Source of the DNA: Nanobdellota archaeon
GTDB taxonomy: Archaea; Nanobdellota; Nanobdellia; Woesearchaeales; SM23-78
Direction of reading: 5' to 3'
NCBI GenBank assembly: GCA_018819305.1
Contig: JAHJQO010000014.1
Location: forward strand, 34,832 to 98,831
Length of the DNA stretch: 64,000 nucleotides
Below, in pieces: positions 1-9,742 of this stretch. A program made the position numbers and the translations under genes. The first letter of the stretch is position 1. The number at the start of each line of letters is the position of its first letter. The notes beneath the pieces were generated by a model. It did not search any database. It was given only the letters and a program-made list of their open reading frames with translations, and was not told the origin of the DNA.

Positions 1-533
1 AACAAGATAAAGTCAATACAGGACCTAAAAAAGCCCAAGGTATACTTCTTGGAATTAGCATAATTATCATTCTCTGTGGAATTTTTGCTGGTTGTTTTGT
101 GTATTTGAAAAAAATAAAAAAGAGGTCACTGCCAAAACCTAAAAAACCTAAAATAACAAAAAAAACTAAAGTTGAAGAAAAGAAAGGAGAACAGAAGAGC
201 GTAAAAAAAAGTATAGAATCCAAACCCTATGCTGAAAATATCAAAAAATTAGATGAATTTCTGGAGCAAGCAATACCTAAATACCATGACAAAGATAAGA
301 TAGAACAAGCACTTGTTGACAAAGGATGGTCAAAAGAAGTTATTGAAGAGGAAATTGAAAAAATCCAAGAAAAGATTGCTGCTAACTTCATAAACAAAGT
401 CGATCACTTAATAATTGATGCTGTTAAGCAAGGGTATGATAAGGAGAAAATTAAAGAAATGCTCATAAAAAAAGGCGTGAACAAGGATTTAGTTCATGAA
501 GAGATTGAAAAGATACTGAAAAAGAAAAAATAA
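1..533 (+). CDS. 5'-partial CDS. It has a hydrophobic TM segment (GILLGISIIIILCGIFAGCFVYL) followed by a lysine-rich, low-complexity cytoplasmic tail. The reading frame is open from nt 3 with no stop before the listed ORF at 99.
   Basis: Frame-0 translation from the window start is stop-free and reads ...GILLGISIIIILCGIFAGCFVYLKKIKKR..., joining ORF 99..533. The tail is a K/E-rich repeat. Confidence 0.4.
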   Translation, partial: QDKVNTGPKKAQGILLGISIIIILCGIFAGCFVYLKKIKKRSLPKPKKPKITKKTKVEEKKGEQKSVKKSIESKPYAENIKKLDEFLEQAIPKYHDKDKIEQALVDKGWSKEVIEEEIEKIQEKIAANFINKVDHLIIDAVKQGYDKEKIKEMLIKKGVNKDLVHEEIEKILKKKK

Positions 534-570
534 GTAAATTATTTATATCACTGTTCATAAATCTTAATCT

Positions 571-1497
571 ATGATAGGCATAGGTTCAGCAAAAAAACGT
601 ACCAAAGAAAGTTCTTATAAAATTGTCGAATTCTTTAATAGTATTAGTTTTGGACAGGTGTTTTTGTACTGGTTCCTTATAATAATAATTTTTGGTGCAG
701 TATATTTCTTGCTGAGTATGACTCCAAACAACACATTAATGTACCGTGGAGAAATTATTGCTTTTAATAAAGCGGGTTTTATCAATAGCCTTTACTTCTC
801 TTTTATAACCTCCACTTCTCTTGGTTATGGTGATATTGCTCCTCTTGGCATCTGCAAGTTCTTGTCAGGGTTTGAAGTCATGTTAGGCCTTATCATGTAT
901 GGTGTCCTTATTTCGAAAATAGTAGGTGTGAAACAGGAGATTATTCTCGAGGAAGTTTATGATATCAGTTATGAAGAAGTTATTGACAGACTTAGAAGCG
1001 GATTATATCTATTCAGGTCTGATGCTAACAGAATTATTGAAAAAATAGAAACAGGCACTATCAAACAGAGAGAAGTTAGGGATTTATGGATTCTTTTCTC
1101 TAATCTGGACAATAATCTAACCAAGATAAAGCATCTCATGATACCAAAAAAAGTCAATAAATATTACTATAAAAAACTTGATGTTTTCAGGCTTGAGCTC
1201 TTCCTGAACAGCATCCAGCTTTCCATGGACAAGATTGTAGAGTTGCTCAAGGCTCTCCAATCACATGAGCTTAACTGGAAAACAGAGCTGTTATTGACAA
1301 GCATTGACACAGATACCCGACTGGTTAATGATATTATTGAATTCCAGTCAAAAAAGAGCAGTGATAAAAAAGTTGTTGACAAGTTAAAAGAACTTCAAAA
1401 AACTATTGAAGAAATAGAAAAAGAAGTGAACATAAAAGAAATACTTGGAGACAAACAAGACAATAAACAAGATAATAAAGAGAAAAAAACTAAATGA
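571..1497 (+). CDS. Potassium channel (2-TM KcsA-like pore) with a ~190-aa C-terminal cytoplasmic domain.
   Basis: The canonical K+ selectivity-filter signature TSTSLGYGD (TxGYGD) lies between two hydrophobic helices. The N-terminus has hydrophobic TM segments. Confidence 0.7.
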   Translation: MIGIGSAKKRTKESSYKIVEFFNSISFGQVFLYWFLIIIIFGAVYFLLSMTPNNTLMYRGEIIAFNKAGFINSLYFSFITSTSLGYGDIAPLGICKFLSGFEVMLGLIMYGVLISKIVGVKQEIILEEVYDISYEEVIDRLRSGLYLFRSDANRIIEKIETGTIKQREVRDLWILFSNLDNNLTKIKHLMIPKKVNKYYYKKLDVFRLELFLNSIQLSMDKIVELLKALQSHELNWKTELLLTSIDTDTRLVNDIIEFQSKKSSDKKVVDKLKELQKTIEEIEKEVNIKEILGDKQDNKQDNKEKKTK

Positions 1498-2222
1498 AAA
1501 AGATAGAAAAAAAAGTAAAAGAAAAAAAATTAACAGATTTATCACAAAAATTATATTGGAAAAAGGTTTTTTGTGATAAAAAATTCCTTATCATATTGGG
1601 AATTATTGTTTTATTGATTATTGGTATCATTGTTGGAGCTCTTATTGATCCATGGATTAACTATTATGAAAAAGGGCAGCTTGATGCATACCAAAAAAAG
1701 ATTAATAGTTCTGTTTCTAATGAAGATTTTCTTGAAGAGCTTGTCAATCAGAATATTGAACAGAGAGACAGGATTATGGAGCTTGAAGGCGAAGTTGCAA
1801 ATCAAGGTCTCATTGTCAACTATTTAATGGAAAGACTTAATATGAGCATGGGCTTGCAAACCAATCCATTTAGACGAATTAGCCAAGAGGACATAATGGT
1901 TTATAATGATCGAGTCATCATATATGTAAACAAGGCTTTTCCTGCGGGCTTTACAAAGACAAAGTCAATGTATCCTTTCATAAGAGAAGGAGCATTTGCC
2001 CTGGAAATCATGCCTGAGGGACCTGAAGAGCTCAGAATGGGTGATGTTATTGGTTTTAAATCAAAAGTTTATAATACTACTATCATCCACCGCATCATAG
2101 AGCTGGGTGAAGATGAGCAGGGATGGTATGCAATTACCAAAGGCGACAATAATCCTGCTCCTGACAAAGAAAAAGTGCGCTTTGAAAATGTGCAAGGCGT
2201 ACTGGTTGGACTCATTTATTGA
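1494..2222 (+). CDS. Type I signal peptidase (archaeal Sec11/S26-like).
   Basis: An N-terminal TM anchor is present. Box B-like KSMYPF (Ser nucleophile context) and box E-like ITKGDNNPAPD (GDN motif) are present. The start overlaps the upstream stop (ATGA). Confidence 0.6.
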   Translation: MKKIEKKVKEKKLTDLSQKLYWKKVFCDKKFLIILGIIVLLIIGIIVGALIDPWINYYEKGQLDAYQKKINSSVSNEDFLEELVNQNIEQRDRIMELEGEVANQGLIVNYLMERLNMSMGLQTNPFRRISQEDIMVYNDRVIIYVNKAFPAGFTKTKSMYPFIREGAFALEIMPEGPEELRMGDVIGFKSKVYNTTIIHRIIELGEDEQGWYAITKGDNNPAPDKEKVRFENVQGVLVGLIY

Positions 2223-2295
2223 CCGGATTTATCGATATTTATTAAAATTAAATAACATCAACTCGCAGGGATTTAGAGGTGAAGAAACAAAATAG

Positions 2296-2592
2296 GTGAT
2301 TTTAATGAAAAACAAACTTACTTTTTTGTTGGTAGTATTATTGGTAATCAGCATAGTAGTGAATATTTTGCTCTTAATCGCGCCTGGCAAAGACAGAATT
2401 TCTTCATCAGACCCTACTGGTTTTGTAACAACAGAAAATAATGAAAACACTATGTTAGAGCAGGATTTAATTGAGATTAACAAAGAAGAACTTTTTGCAT
2501 GCTGTTCTTTTATTAACAGCAAAGGAGAAGAAGACACTTGTTATGTATTAAAAGACTTTGACTGCGGTTATTGTACTGATTACTGCTCTTAG
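2296..2592 (+). CDS. Small membrane-anchored, cysteine-rich protein (hypothetical).
   Basis: It has an N-terminal hydrophobic helix. The C-terminus has clustered Cys (CCSF..CYV..DCGYCTDYCS). Confidence 0.3.
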   Translation: MILMKNKLTFLLVVLLVISIVVNILLLIAPGKDRISSSDPTGFVTTENNENTMLEQDLIEINKEELFACCSFINSKGEEDTCYVLKDFDCGYCTDYCS

Positions 2593-2626
2593 ATGGTTTC
2601 GAAGTTTAGAAACAGGATTGATAAAT

Positions 2627-2914
2627 TTATTTTTCTTCTAATTCTTTTATTCTTTTTCTTACTTTAGCAACAAATTTCTTTTGGTCAAACTCTTTCTTTA
2701 TGGCTTTGGCAAGAACATCATCACCAAGAACCTCTAGAATCCAGCGGTAAAAATCATTTTTTTCCTTATTAAGATGATATTCAAAAGTCTTGCTGTCGCA
2801 TGCTTCAACATCATTTACAAGCTCATAGATGTTTCTGACAATAGTTCCATTTGTGAACCAGAAAGCCATGTGCGGCTGTGGAACATCTGAAAGCACTCTA
2901 TTGGGGTCTACCAC
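2627..2914 (-). CDS. Hypothetical protein carrying a ~60-aa conserved domain (WF...NDF..WI...LA motif). The same domain is found in the proteins at 20003..20650 and 20719..21102.
   Basis: Shared motif: HMAFWF...TFEYHL.KEKNDFYRWILEVLGDDVLAKAI aligns with ...NDFANWIEGVFGESVLAQ and ...NDFANWIEDIFKDMELAQ. Confidence 0.4.
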   Translation of the reverse strand: MVDPNRVLSDVPQPHMAFWFTNGTIVRNIYELVNDVEACDSKTFEYHLNKEKNDFYRWILEVLGDDVLAKAIKKEFDQKKFVAKVRKRIKELEEK

Positions 2915-3062
2915 TGAAATCTCACCTCTTATGAACTCTAATAATAATGAATATAAATAATATATATTACTTTATAATATAAATTTTTTGATAATTGATA
3001 ATAAAAAACGAAAGATTTAAGAGACTTAAAAGTCAAAAATTGACTATTAACAGAGAAATTGT

Positions 3063-3809
3063 ATGAAAATGATAAAAAGAGATAGTAAGCCCATAATTGA
3101 ACTTAGAAATGTTTGGAAAATATATCAAATGGGAGTAGTTAAGGTTAATGCTTTATGCAACATGGATTTGGTTGTAAAAAAAGGTGAATTTGTCTCAATT
3201 ATGGGTCCTTCTGGTTCTGGCAAAAGCACTGCAATGAACATGATAGGAGCTCTTGACATACCTACAAAAGGAACTATTCTGCTTGAAGGTCATGATATTG
3301 CTAAAATGACAGAATCCAATCTGGCACAGATAAGAGGCAGGAAAATAGGATTTATATTTCAACAATTTAATCTCATTCCAACACTTAGTGCGCTTGAAAA
3401 CATAACCCTGCCAATGATATTTCAGGGAATTCCAAGCGGGGAAAGAAAAATAAGAGCCAAAAAACTGCTTGAATTGGTGGATTTAGGAGATCGGATTCAT
3501 CACAAGCCTACTGAATTATCTGGAGGGCAGCAGCAAAGAGTAGCAATTGCAAGGGCTTTATCCAACAACCCTGAAGTTATACTTGCTGATGAACCTACTG
3601 GCAATCTTGACTCTAAAACAGGGCAGTCAGTGATAGGATTCCTAAAAAAACTTCATGAGGAAGAAGGAAAAACAATTATCATGGTTACACACGATTTAAA
3701 TGTAGCGAAACATGCTAACAGGACGGAGTATCTTTTAGATGGTAGAATTGTAAAATCTTTGAATAATAATAACCATCATGAACATAAAAAAGTAAGCATA
3801 AAAAGGTGA
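3063..3809 (+). CDS. ABC transporter ATP-binding protein, MacB/LolD-like.
   Basis: Walker [13 protein letters not shown] signature [15 protein letters not shown], Walker [12 protein letters not shown] and H-loop VTHD are all present. Confidence 0.85.
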   Translation: MKMIKRDSKPIIELRNVWKIYQMGVVKVNALCNMDLVVKKGEFVSIMGPSGSGKSTAMNMIGALDIPTKGTILLEGHDIAKMTESNLAQIRGRKIGFIFQQFNLIPTLSALENITLPMIFQGIPSGERKIRAKKLLELVDLGDRIHHKPTELSGGQQQRVAIARALSNNPEVILADEPTGNLDSKTGQSVIGFLKKLHEEEGKTIIMVTHDLNVAKHANRTEYLLDGRIVKSLNNNNHHEHKKVSIKR

Positions 3810-5080
3810 ATGAAATGAAGAAAGAATTGAAATTTGTAAGTTTGTTTCTTATTGCAATGCTAGTTATAGTTGTTCCTGCTTTTGCAGTGCAGACTGGATT
3901 CACAACATTTCCACAGATATCTGTAACTTTGATTAATAATGAGCCTGATCCTGTTGCGCCCGGAAGTACAGTTAATATGAAATTCAGAATTGAAAATGAA
4001 GGAGGCGGTCCTGCAGAAGATGTTGAAGCAAAACTTGTACTTAAGCATCCTTTTTCATTTTATGGAGAAGAAGAAGTGAAAAATGTTGGCACTGTTGCCG
4101 GAAGCCAAACTAATGATATTGGTGTACGAGAAGACTGGACTCTTCTTGTTGATTCTGAAGCAATCAGTGGTAACCACATTGTAGAGTTTTGGTACAGGAT
4201 TGACCAAGGATCATGGATAAAATCAGGAGATTACACAGTATCCATCAGAAGCAGGGATGCTGTTCTTGCAATTAATGAGATAAAAACAGACTATGAAAAT
4301 ATAGTTCCTGGTACAAAAACAAAAGTCTCTTTTGTATTGGAAAATCTTGCAGATAATACTTTAATTGACATAAAACTTAAACTAGACATCCTGGCTCAGC
4401 TTACTACATCAACGTCTATTAGTTACAGGGAACTTCCTTTTACTCCTATTGGCTCTGGAAATGAGAAAACCCTGAAAAACCTCATGCCTGGAAAATCACA
4501 AGAAATAGTGTTTGATTTATTCACAGATGCTGATGCAGAGTCAAAGGTTCACAAAGTTCCTTTTACTTTGACATATTCTGATGCAGCAGGAACCAACTTC
4601 ACCAGAGAAGGAATTGTAGGCTTAATTGTTGAATCTTTCCCAGATCTCTCAATTAACATAGAAAGCAATCAAGCCAAAACAGCTGGAGCCAAAGGAATAA
4701 TAGAAATCAAAATTGTGAACAAAGGTTTTAGTGATGTCAAGTTCTTGAATGTCATACTCTCAGAGGGTGATCAGTATGAAATCTTGTCTAATCCAGAAGT
4801 ATACGTTGGAAAGCTTGATTCTGATGACTATGAAACAGCTGACTACACACTTCAGATAAGCAAGCTTGCAAAAGATAAAGTTATGCTACCTCTTACAATT
4901 GATTACAGAGATGCTAATGGCAAGCTTTTCCAAAGAGAAATAGAACTTGATTTTAAAGTAGACAAACCCAAGAGCCCTGTTGTAAGCATAATAATCTGGA
5001 TTATAATTATTATAATAATTGTAGGCGCAATAATCTTAATCAGGAAAAGAAGAAAAAAGCGCAGGGCAATAAAAGACTAA
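3806..5080 (+). CDS. Secreted cell-surface protein. It has an N-terminal signal peptide and a C-terminal TM anchor with a basic tail (KRRKKRR). It is co-operonic with the MacB-type transporter.
   Basis: The N-terminus has a hydrophobic signal (LFLIAMLVIVVPAFA). The body is predicted beta-rich. The C-terminus reads IIIWIIIIIIIVGAIILIRKRRKKRR. Confidence 0.5.
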   Translation: MNEMKKELKFVSLFLIAMLVIVVPAFAVQTGFTTFPQISVTLINNEPDPVAPGSTVNMKFRIENEGGGPAEDVEAKLVLKHPFSFYGEEEVKNVGTVAGSQTNDIGVREDWTLLVDSEAISGNHIVEFWYRIDQGSWIKSGDYTVSIRSRDAVLAINEIKTDYENIVPGTKTKVSFVLENLADNTLIDIKLKLDILAQLTTSTSISYRELPFTPIGSGNEKTLKNLMPGKSQEIVFDLFTDADAESKVHKVPFTLTYSDAAGTNFTREGIVGLIVESFPDLSINIESNQAKTAGAKGIIEIKIVNKGFSDVKFLNVILSEGDQYEILSNPEVYVGKLDSDDYETADYTLQISKLAKDKVMLPLTIDYRDANGKLFQREIELDFKVDKPKSPVVSIIIWIIIIIIIVGAIILIRKRRKKRRAIKD

Positions 5081-5164
5081 TAAGGACCCTGAAAAAAATT
5101 ACAGGGAAGATTCCTGGATTAAATCTTTTCATATAGACATATAATTAATACTGGAAAACAGAAG

Positions 5165-6391
5165 ATGTTTGCTGATTATCTACGCATAGCTTTAAGAAGC
5201 ATTGCTAAAAGAAGAACAAGAACCTATCTCACAATGATAGGCATTTTCATAGGCATAGCTGCAGTTGTTTCTCTTATGGGACTTGGCCAGGGCTTAAGAG
5301 TTGCTATAACTTCCCAGTTTGGTATTCTTGGAACAGATGTTCTCAGTGTTCGGGCCTCAGGAGCAAGTTTCGGAGGACCGCCAGGCGCAGGAGCATTAAC
5401 TCCTCTTACTAAAGATCTGGTGGACAAAATTGATAGGATAAATGGTGTTGATGTTGCTTTTGCAAGATATATTGAAAGCGGAACCATGGAGTTCAATGAC
5501 GAGCAGGTTATTGGATTCGCTACTTCTATTCCAAGCGGAGATGAAAGAAAAGTGGTTGAGAGAATGCTCAATCTTGAAACAGAGCAAGGTAGATTACTAA
5601 GAGATGATGATGTAAAAGGTATTGTCCTTGGAAATAACTTCAAAAATGACGACACTTTTGGCAGAGGCATTACCTCAGGAGACAGAGTGCTGCTGAATGA
5701 TGTAGAATTCAGGGTTGTTGGAATACTTGAGAAGAAAGGAAGTTTTCTCCTTGACGGAGGAGTATTTTTAAATGAAAAAGCCATGTTTGACTTTCTTGAA
5801 ACAGATGAGGATGAGGTTGATATTATTGCTATAAAAGTAAAAGATGAAAAAGAAATAGATGCTGTACAGAAAAGGATTGAAAACCTGCTTAGAAAAGAAA
5901 GAGATGTTGATGAAGGAGAAGAGGATTTTGAAGTTCAAAGCCCTCAAGCAATGCTTGAATCATTAGACTCCACCTTGTTTGCAGTCCAGCTCTTTGTAAC
6001 AATAATCGCATTAATATCTTTGCTTGTAGGTGGTATTGGTATAATGAACACCATGTACACAGCAGTATTGGAGAGAACCAAAGAAATAGGAATAATGAAA
6101 TCAATAGGAGCAAGGAACAGCACTATATTCACACTCTTTTTTATTGAATCCGGCTTCCTGGGAATGGTCGGAGGAATAATAGGCATAATCCTGGGCATGA
6201 TATTTGCTTATGGCTTGGCAGCTATTGGACGCCTGGCTCTTGGCGCTGATTTAATACAGGCAAGCATAGGATTTGATTTAATCATAGGAGCACTTATCTT
6301 TTCATTTGTAATGGGAACTATATTTGGAGTGATGCCTGCTGTCAGGGCTTCAAAACTAAATCCAGTCGATTCATTAAGACGTGCAAAATAA
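5165..6391 (+). CDS. ABC transporter permease, FtsX/MacB family (MacB periplasmic core domain plus 4 TM).
   Basis: It has an N-terminal TM, a large extracytoplasmic domain, a C-terminal FtsX-like 3-TM bundle, and the conserved segment IMNTMYTAVLERTKEIGIMKS.GA. Confidence 0.8.
   Translation: MFADYLRIALRSIAKRRTRTYLTMIGIFIGIAAVVSLMGLGQGLRVAITSQFGILGTDVLSVRASGASFGGPPGAGALTPLTKDLVDKIDRINGVDVAFARYIESGTMEFNDEQVIGFATSIPSGDERKVVERMLNLETEQGRLLRDDDVKGIVLGNNFKNDDTFGRGITSGDRVLLNDVEFRVVGILEKKGSFLLDGGVFLNEKAMFDFLETDEDEVDIIAIKVKDEKEIDAVQKRIENLLRKERDVDEGEEDFEVQSPQAMLESLDSTLFAVQLFVTIIALISLLVGGIGIMNTMYTAVLERTKEIGIMKSIGARNSTIFTLFFIESGFLGMVGGIIGIILGMIFAYGLAAIGRLALGADLIQASIGFDLIIGALIFSFVMGTIFGVMPAVRASKLNPVDSLRRAK
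6041..6104 (+). repeat. 64-nt perfect direct repeat shared by the two FtsX permease paralogs (copy 1).
   Basis: ataatgaacaccatgtacacagcagtattggagagaaccaaagaaataggaataatgaaatca is identical at 6041..6104 and 7269..7332. The flanking sequence is diverged. Confidence 0.8.
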
Positions 6392-7613
6392 GGTATATAA
6401 AATGAACCTAGATGAAATAAATTATTCCTTGAAAAATTTGAGAAGCAGAAAAATGAGAAGCGGTCTTTCTATTCTTTCAATACTCATAGGTATCACATCA
6501 ATCTTTGCTCTTATAAGCTTTGGCATGGGAATACAGAGTTACATGGATACCCTTGCAGAAGACGCAGGAGCAAGTAATCTTTACATACAGCCCAAAGGAG
6601 CAGGTATTCCTGGACTAGATGACAACTTTTTCTTAACCCAAGAGGATATTGATTTCGTTGAAAAAATTAATGGAGTTGACGACATAACAGCAGCATACTT
6701 TAAAGCTGCTGAAATAAAGCACAGAAAACAAACAAAATATTACTTTGCCTTTGGAATGAATATTGATGATCTGGAATTCCTTTTGAAAGGCTTTAATGTT
6801 GAGATAATCAAGGGTAGGGGTTTGAAAAAAGGAGACATGAATAAAGTAGTGCTGGGATATAATTATCAGATTGAAAATAGGATATTCAATAAAGTGGTAA
6901 AAGTTGGAGACAAAATTGAGATTAATGGAGTAGAATTTGAGGTTATTGGATTTTACAGTGAAGTAGGCAATCCCCAGGATGATGCTCAGGCATACCTCAC
7001 ACTTGAAGCATTTGAAGAATTATACCCTGATACAGCAGGAAAATTCGGATTTGTACTTTTAAATGCAGAAAAAGGAGTTGATCCAACCGACCTCGCAGAC
7101 AAGATTACAGACAAGCTAAGAAAATTTAAGGGACAGGAAGAAGGAAAAGAAGACTTCTTTGTCCAGTCTTTTGCAGATATAATGGAAACCTTTGGAAGCA
7201 TAATAAATATTCTTAATGGAATCCTAGTCTTAATAGCCCTTATATCTATAGTTGTGGCTACTGTTAACATAATGAACACCATGTACACAGCAGTATTGGA
7301 GAGAACCAAAGAAATAGGAATAATGAAATCAGTGGGTGCCAGGAACAATAATATCTTGTTCATATTTGTATTTGAATCAGGAGTAATAGGACTGATAGGT
7401 GGAATACTGGGAGTGATAGTTGGGTTTGGCATCGCAAGCATGGGAGGAATAATAGCAGCAACATCAGGTTATAGTATGTTACAGCCAATCTTTCCATGGT
7501 ATCTAATACTTGGGTGCATAGCCTTCTCATCCTTTGTAGGAGCAGGAGCAGGATTAATGCCGGCAATAAGGGCTTCAAAGTTAAAGCCAGTGGATGCACT
7601 GAGGTATGAATAG
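6381..7613 (+). CDS. Second ABC transporter permease, FtsX/MacB family (paralog of 5165..6391).
   Basis: It has the same architecture as 5165..6391 and shares a 64-nt perfectly identical stretch with it. Confidence 0.8.
   Translation: MQNKVYKMNLDEINYSLKNLRSRKMRSGLSILSILIGITSIFALISFGMGIQSYMDTLAEDAGASNLYIQPKGAGIPGLDDNFFLTQEDIDFVEKINGVDDITAAYFKAAEIKHRKQTKYYFAFGMNIDDLEFLLKGFNVEIIKGRGLKKGDMNKVVLGYNYQIENRIFNKVVKVGDKIEINGVEFEVIGFYSEVGNPQDDAQAYLTLEAFEELYPDTAGKFGFVLLNAEKGVDPTDLADKITDKLRKFKGQEEGKEDFFVQSFADIMETFGSIINILNGILVLIALISIVVATVNIMNTMYTAVLERTKEIGIMKSVGARNNNILFIFVFESGVIGLIGGILGVIVGFGIASMGGIIAATSGYSMLQPIFPWYLILGCIAFSSFVGAGAGLMPAIRASKLKPVDALRYE
7269..7332 (+). repeat. 64-nt perfect direct repeat (copy 2).
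   Basis: See copy 1 at 6041..6104. Confidence 0.8.
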
Positions 7614-7627
7614 GATAAATATTAAAA

Positions 7628-8266
7628 TTATCTTAAATATTTTTCAAATTCTTTATGATTCATTATTACATCTATATTATCACACATACTAATTCGTCCT
7701 TTTCTACTAATATCCGATAATTTAAATCCTGTGTAACCATCATCTAATCTATAATCTAATCTGCAAATTTCTATATCATATTTAATTGAAGATATTGGTT
7801 CTTTGCGTCTATCACTTTCAGCCACGGAGTACCACGGCCGGTCTAGATACCAAGGGATTTCTTTAGAGTCTTTAAACATATTTTCAGGAATGTTTTTTTT
7901 CATTAAATCCATAAAAATATCTTTTTCTTTTGTTCGTTGTTCTAGGGAATTGAAGGTTCTTTTTATTCTCCTAAAATTTCTTTCCCAATAACTATCTCTA
8001 AAACGTACATGAACTAAAAAATGGTTATGTTCGATATTCTGTTCTTCTTGGGCAAGATGAATTTTTATATCATTAAAATGGCCATCATATAATTCAGCGT
8101 GCTTAAGATACTGTTCAATAGATTCGTTGTTATGAAATCGCCTTACCAATTCTTCCTTAGTAACAAATAATTGTTTAATTGACCATATCTGTTGAATAAA
8201 TTCTTTTGTTTTATCATGCATTCTAACATCTCCTTTATCTAAGATCGTATAGTTGTAACCATACAA
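7628..8266 (-). CDS. Hypothetical protein, 212 aa, no recognisable motifs.
   Basis: Long ORF with coding-like composition. No family assignment is possible by eye. Confidence 0.35.
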   Translation of the reverse strand: MYGYNYTILDKGDVRMHDKTKEFIQQIWSIKQLFVTKEELVRRFHNNESIEQYLKHAELYDGHFNDIKIHLAQEEQNIEHNHFLVHVRFRDSYWERNFRRIKRTFNSLEQRTKEKDIFMDLMKKNIPENMFKDSKEIPWYLDRPWYSVAESDRRKEPISSIKYDIEICRLDYRLDDGYTGFKLSDISRKGRISMCDNIDVIMNHKEFEKYLR

Positions 8267-8339
8267 TTACTTAAATCTTTGTTGTAATATTATCACTACA
8301 ATAATAAAATTTATATATAAGCTCTTCATCCATATTTAT

Positions 8340-9059
8340 ATGAAACCAAAATTACTCCAAAACCTTGGACTTACTAAAAACGAGTCCAAAATATATGTTT
8401 CCCTAGTAAAACTAAAAATTGCTTCTGTTAACGAGTTATCCCGTTCAACAGACGTGCCCAGAGTAAACATTTATGATGTTCTTGAATCATTAAAAGCCAA
8501 AGGCCTTGTTGCTTCTGTAACAAAATCAAACAAAATGTATTTTGAACCAGCAAACCCAGACAGAATAATGGATTTATTTGAAAAAAAGCAGCGAGAAATG
8601 AAGGAAGTCAAAGAACAAATAACTCAACTCTCCGCCGTATTTAAAGAAGGTTCAATAAAGAAAGAAGTGGGTTTGTACAAAGGAAAATTAGGTTTGAAAA
8701 CAGTTCTTAAAGATGTGTTGACATCAAAAACAGAAATTCTTAACTATGGTTCATCAGGAATGTTTCCAAAATTCTACTCTGAATATTTCAATATATGGGA
8801 AGCTCATAGAGTAAGGAACAACATAAAAATGAGAATAGTTGCTTCCAAATCTATAAAAGGAAAAGCTCCAAAAAAGAAATTGCAAACAATAAAACATATC
8901 AATTTAGAGTTTAAAAATCTAACATCAACTTTTGTTTATGAAAATAAAGCCGCAATATTCATGTGGGTAGAAGATCCAATAGCGATCCTAATAGAAAACA
9001 AAGAACTAGCAGATTCACATAGAAACTATTTTGAAGTATTGTGGAAGACAGCGAAATAA
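8340..9059 (+). CDS. TrmB-family transcriptional regulator (N-terminal wHTH plus C-terminal effector domain).
   Basis: N-terminal LGLTKNESKIYVSLVKLKIASVNELSRSTDVPRVNIYDVLESLKAKGLV matches the TrmB HTH pattern. Confidence 0.6.
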   Translation: MKPKLLQNLGLTKNESKIYVSLVKLKIASVNELSRSTDVPRVNIYDVLESLKAKGLVASVTKSNKMYFEPANPDRIMDLFEKKQREMKEVKEQITQLSAVFKEGSIKKEVGLYKGKLGLKTVLKDVLTSKTEILNYGSSGMFPKFYSEYFNIWEAHRVRNNIKMRIVASKSIKGKAPKKKLQTIKHINLEFKNLTSTFVYENKAAIFMWVEDPIAILIENKELADSHRNYFEVLWKTAK

Positions 9060-9120
9060 AAAGAATAGTTTTATTAAGACTGTGAATTTATACAAAAAAT
9101 TGGGAACATGAGGTGATTAT

Positions 9121-9657
9121 ATGTCAGAACAAGATTATCTTAAAGATGAATTAGAAGCAATAAAGCTTTCAATTGCAAATGAAATAAAAGTCAGAGATTT
9201 TTATTTAGAACATGCTGGAAAGATAAAAAATAAGCTTGCAAAAAAAACTTTTATTTTTCTTGCAGATGAAGAGCTCAGGCATATTGATGAAATAAAGGCT
9301 TTTGACAAAGCAATTCATGATGGAGCAGAGCCAACTATTGAATCAGGTACAGAAGATGAAGCAATTAACAGAAGCAGAGAATTTTTCTCAACAAGTGCAA
9401 AAGCAATGGCTGAAAAAGTTGTGGCTGAGGATGATGATATTAAAGTTTATGAGTTAGGCTTGGAAATGGAGCTAAAAGGATATGATTTTTACAAGCAGGC
9501 TGCTGAAAAAGCAGAGCATCCAAATGTGAAAAACCTTTTTGAGTTTTTAATGAAAGAAGAAAATGCTCACTATGCATTGATAAGCAATGCAATAAATTAC
9601 CTTAAAAGCCCTGATGATTTTTTCCAAGAACAGGAATCCTGGTTTTTTGAAGGTTGA
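9121..9657 (+). CDS. Ferritin-like/rubrerythrin-family diiron four-helix-bundle protein.
   Basis: Two ExxH motifs (EELRH, EENAH) pair with two upstream Glu-containing helices (EIKVRDFY, ELKGYDFY), which is the rubrerythrin-like spacing. Confidence 0.55.
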   Translation: MSEQDYLKDELEAIKLSIANEIKVRDFYLEHAGKIKNKLAKKTFIFLADEELRHIDEIKAFDKAIHDGAEPTIESGTEDEAINRSREFFSTSAKAMAEKVVAEDDDIKVYELGLEMELKGYDFYKQAAEKAEHPNVKNLFEFLMKEENAHYALISNAINYLKSPDDFFQEQESWFFEG

Positions 9658-9742
9658 TAATGGATAATAAGGTTCAAATCAACAAAGTTTAAATAAAAAA
9701 CAAGACTATCTCAAAAAGATTAAAAGAGAAAGAGGTTGGGCC

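Noticed and set aside
969-1382. Antisense ORFs (62 and 71 aa) inside the K+ channel gene. There are many similar short ORFs throughout (e.g. 5224..5784, 6986..7441, 12434..13196, 42405..42786, 59478..59690).
   Set aside because: They are embedded opposite or out of frame within strongly supported genes. They have low-complexity Ser/Leu-rich or Phe/Ile-rich composition typical of AT-rich antisense frames.
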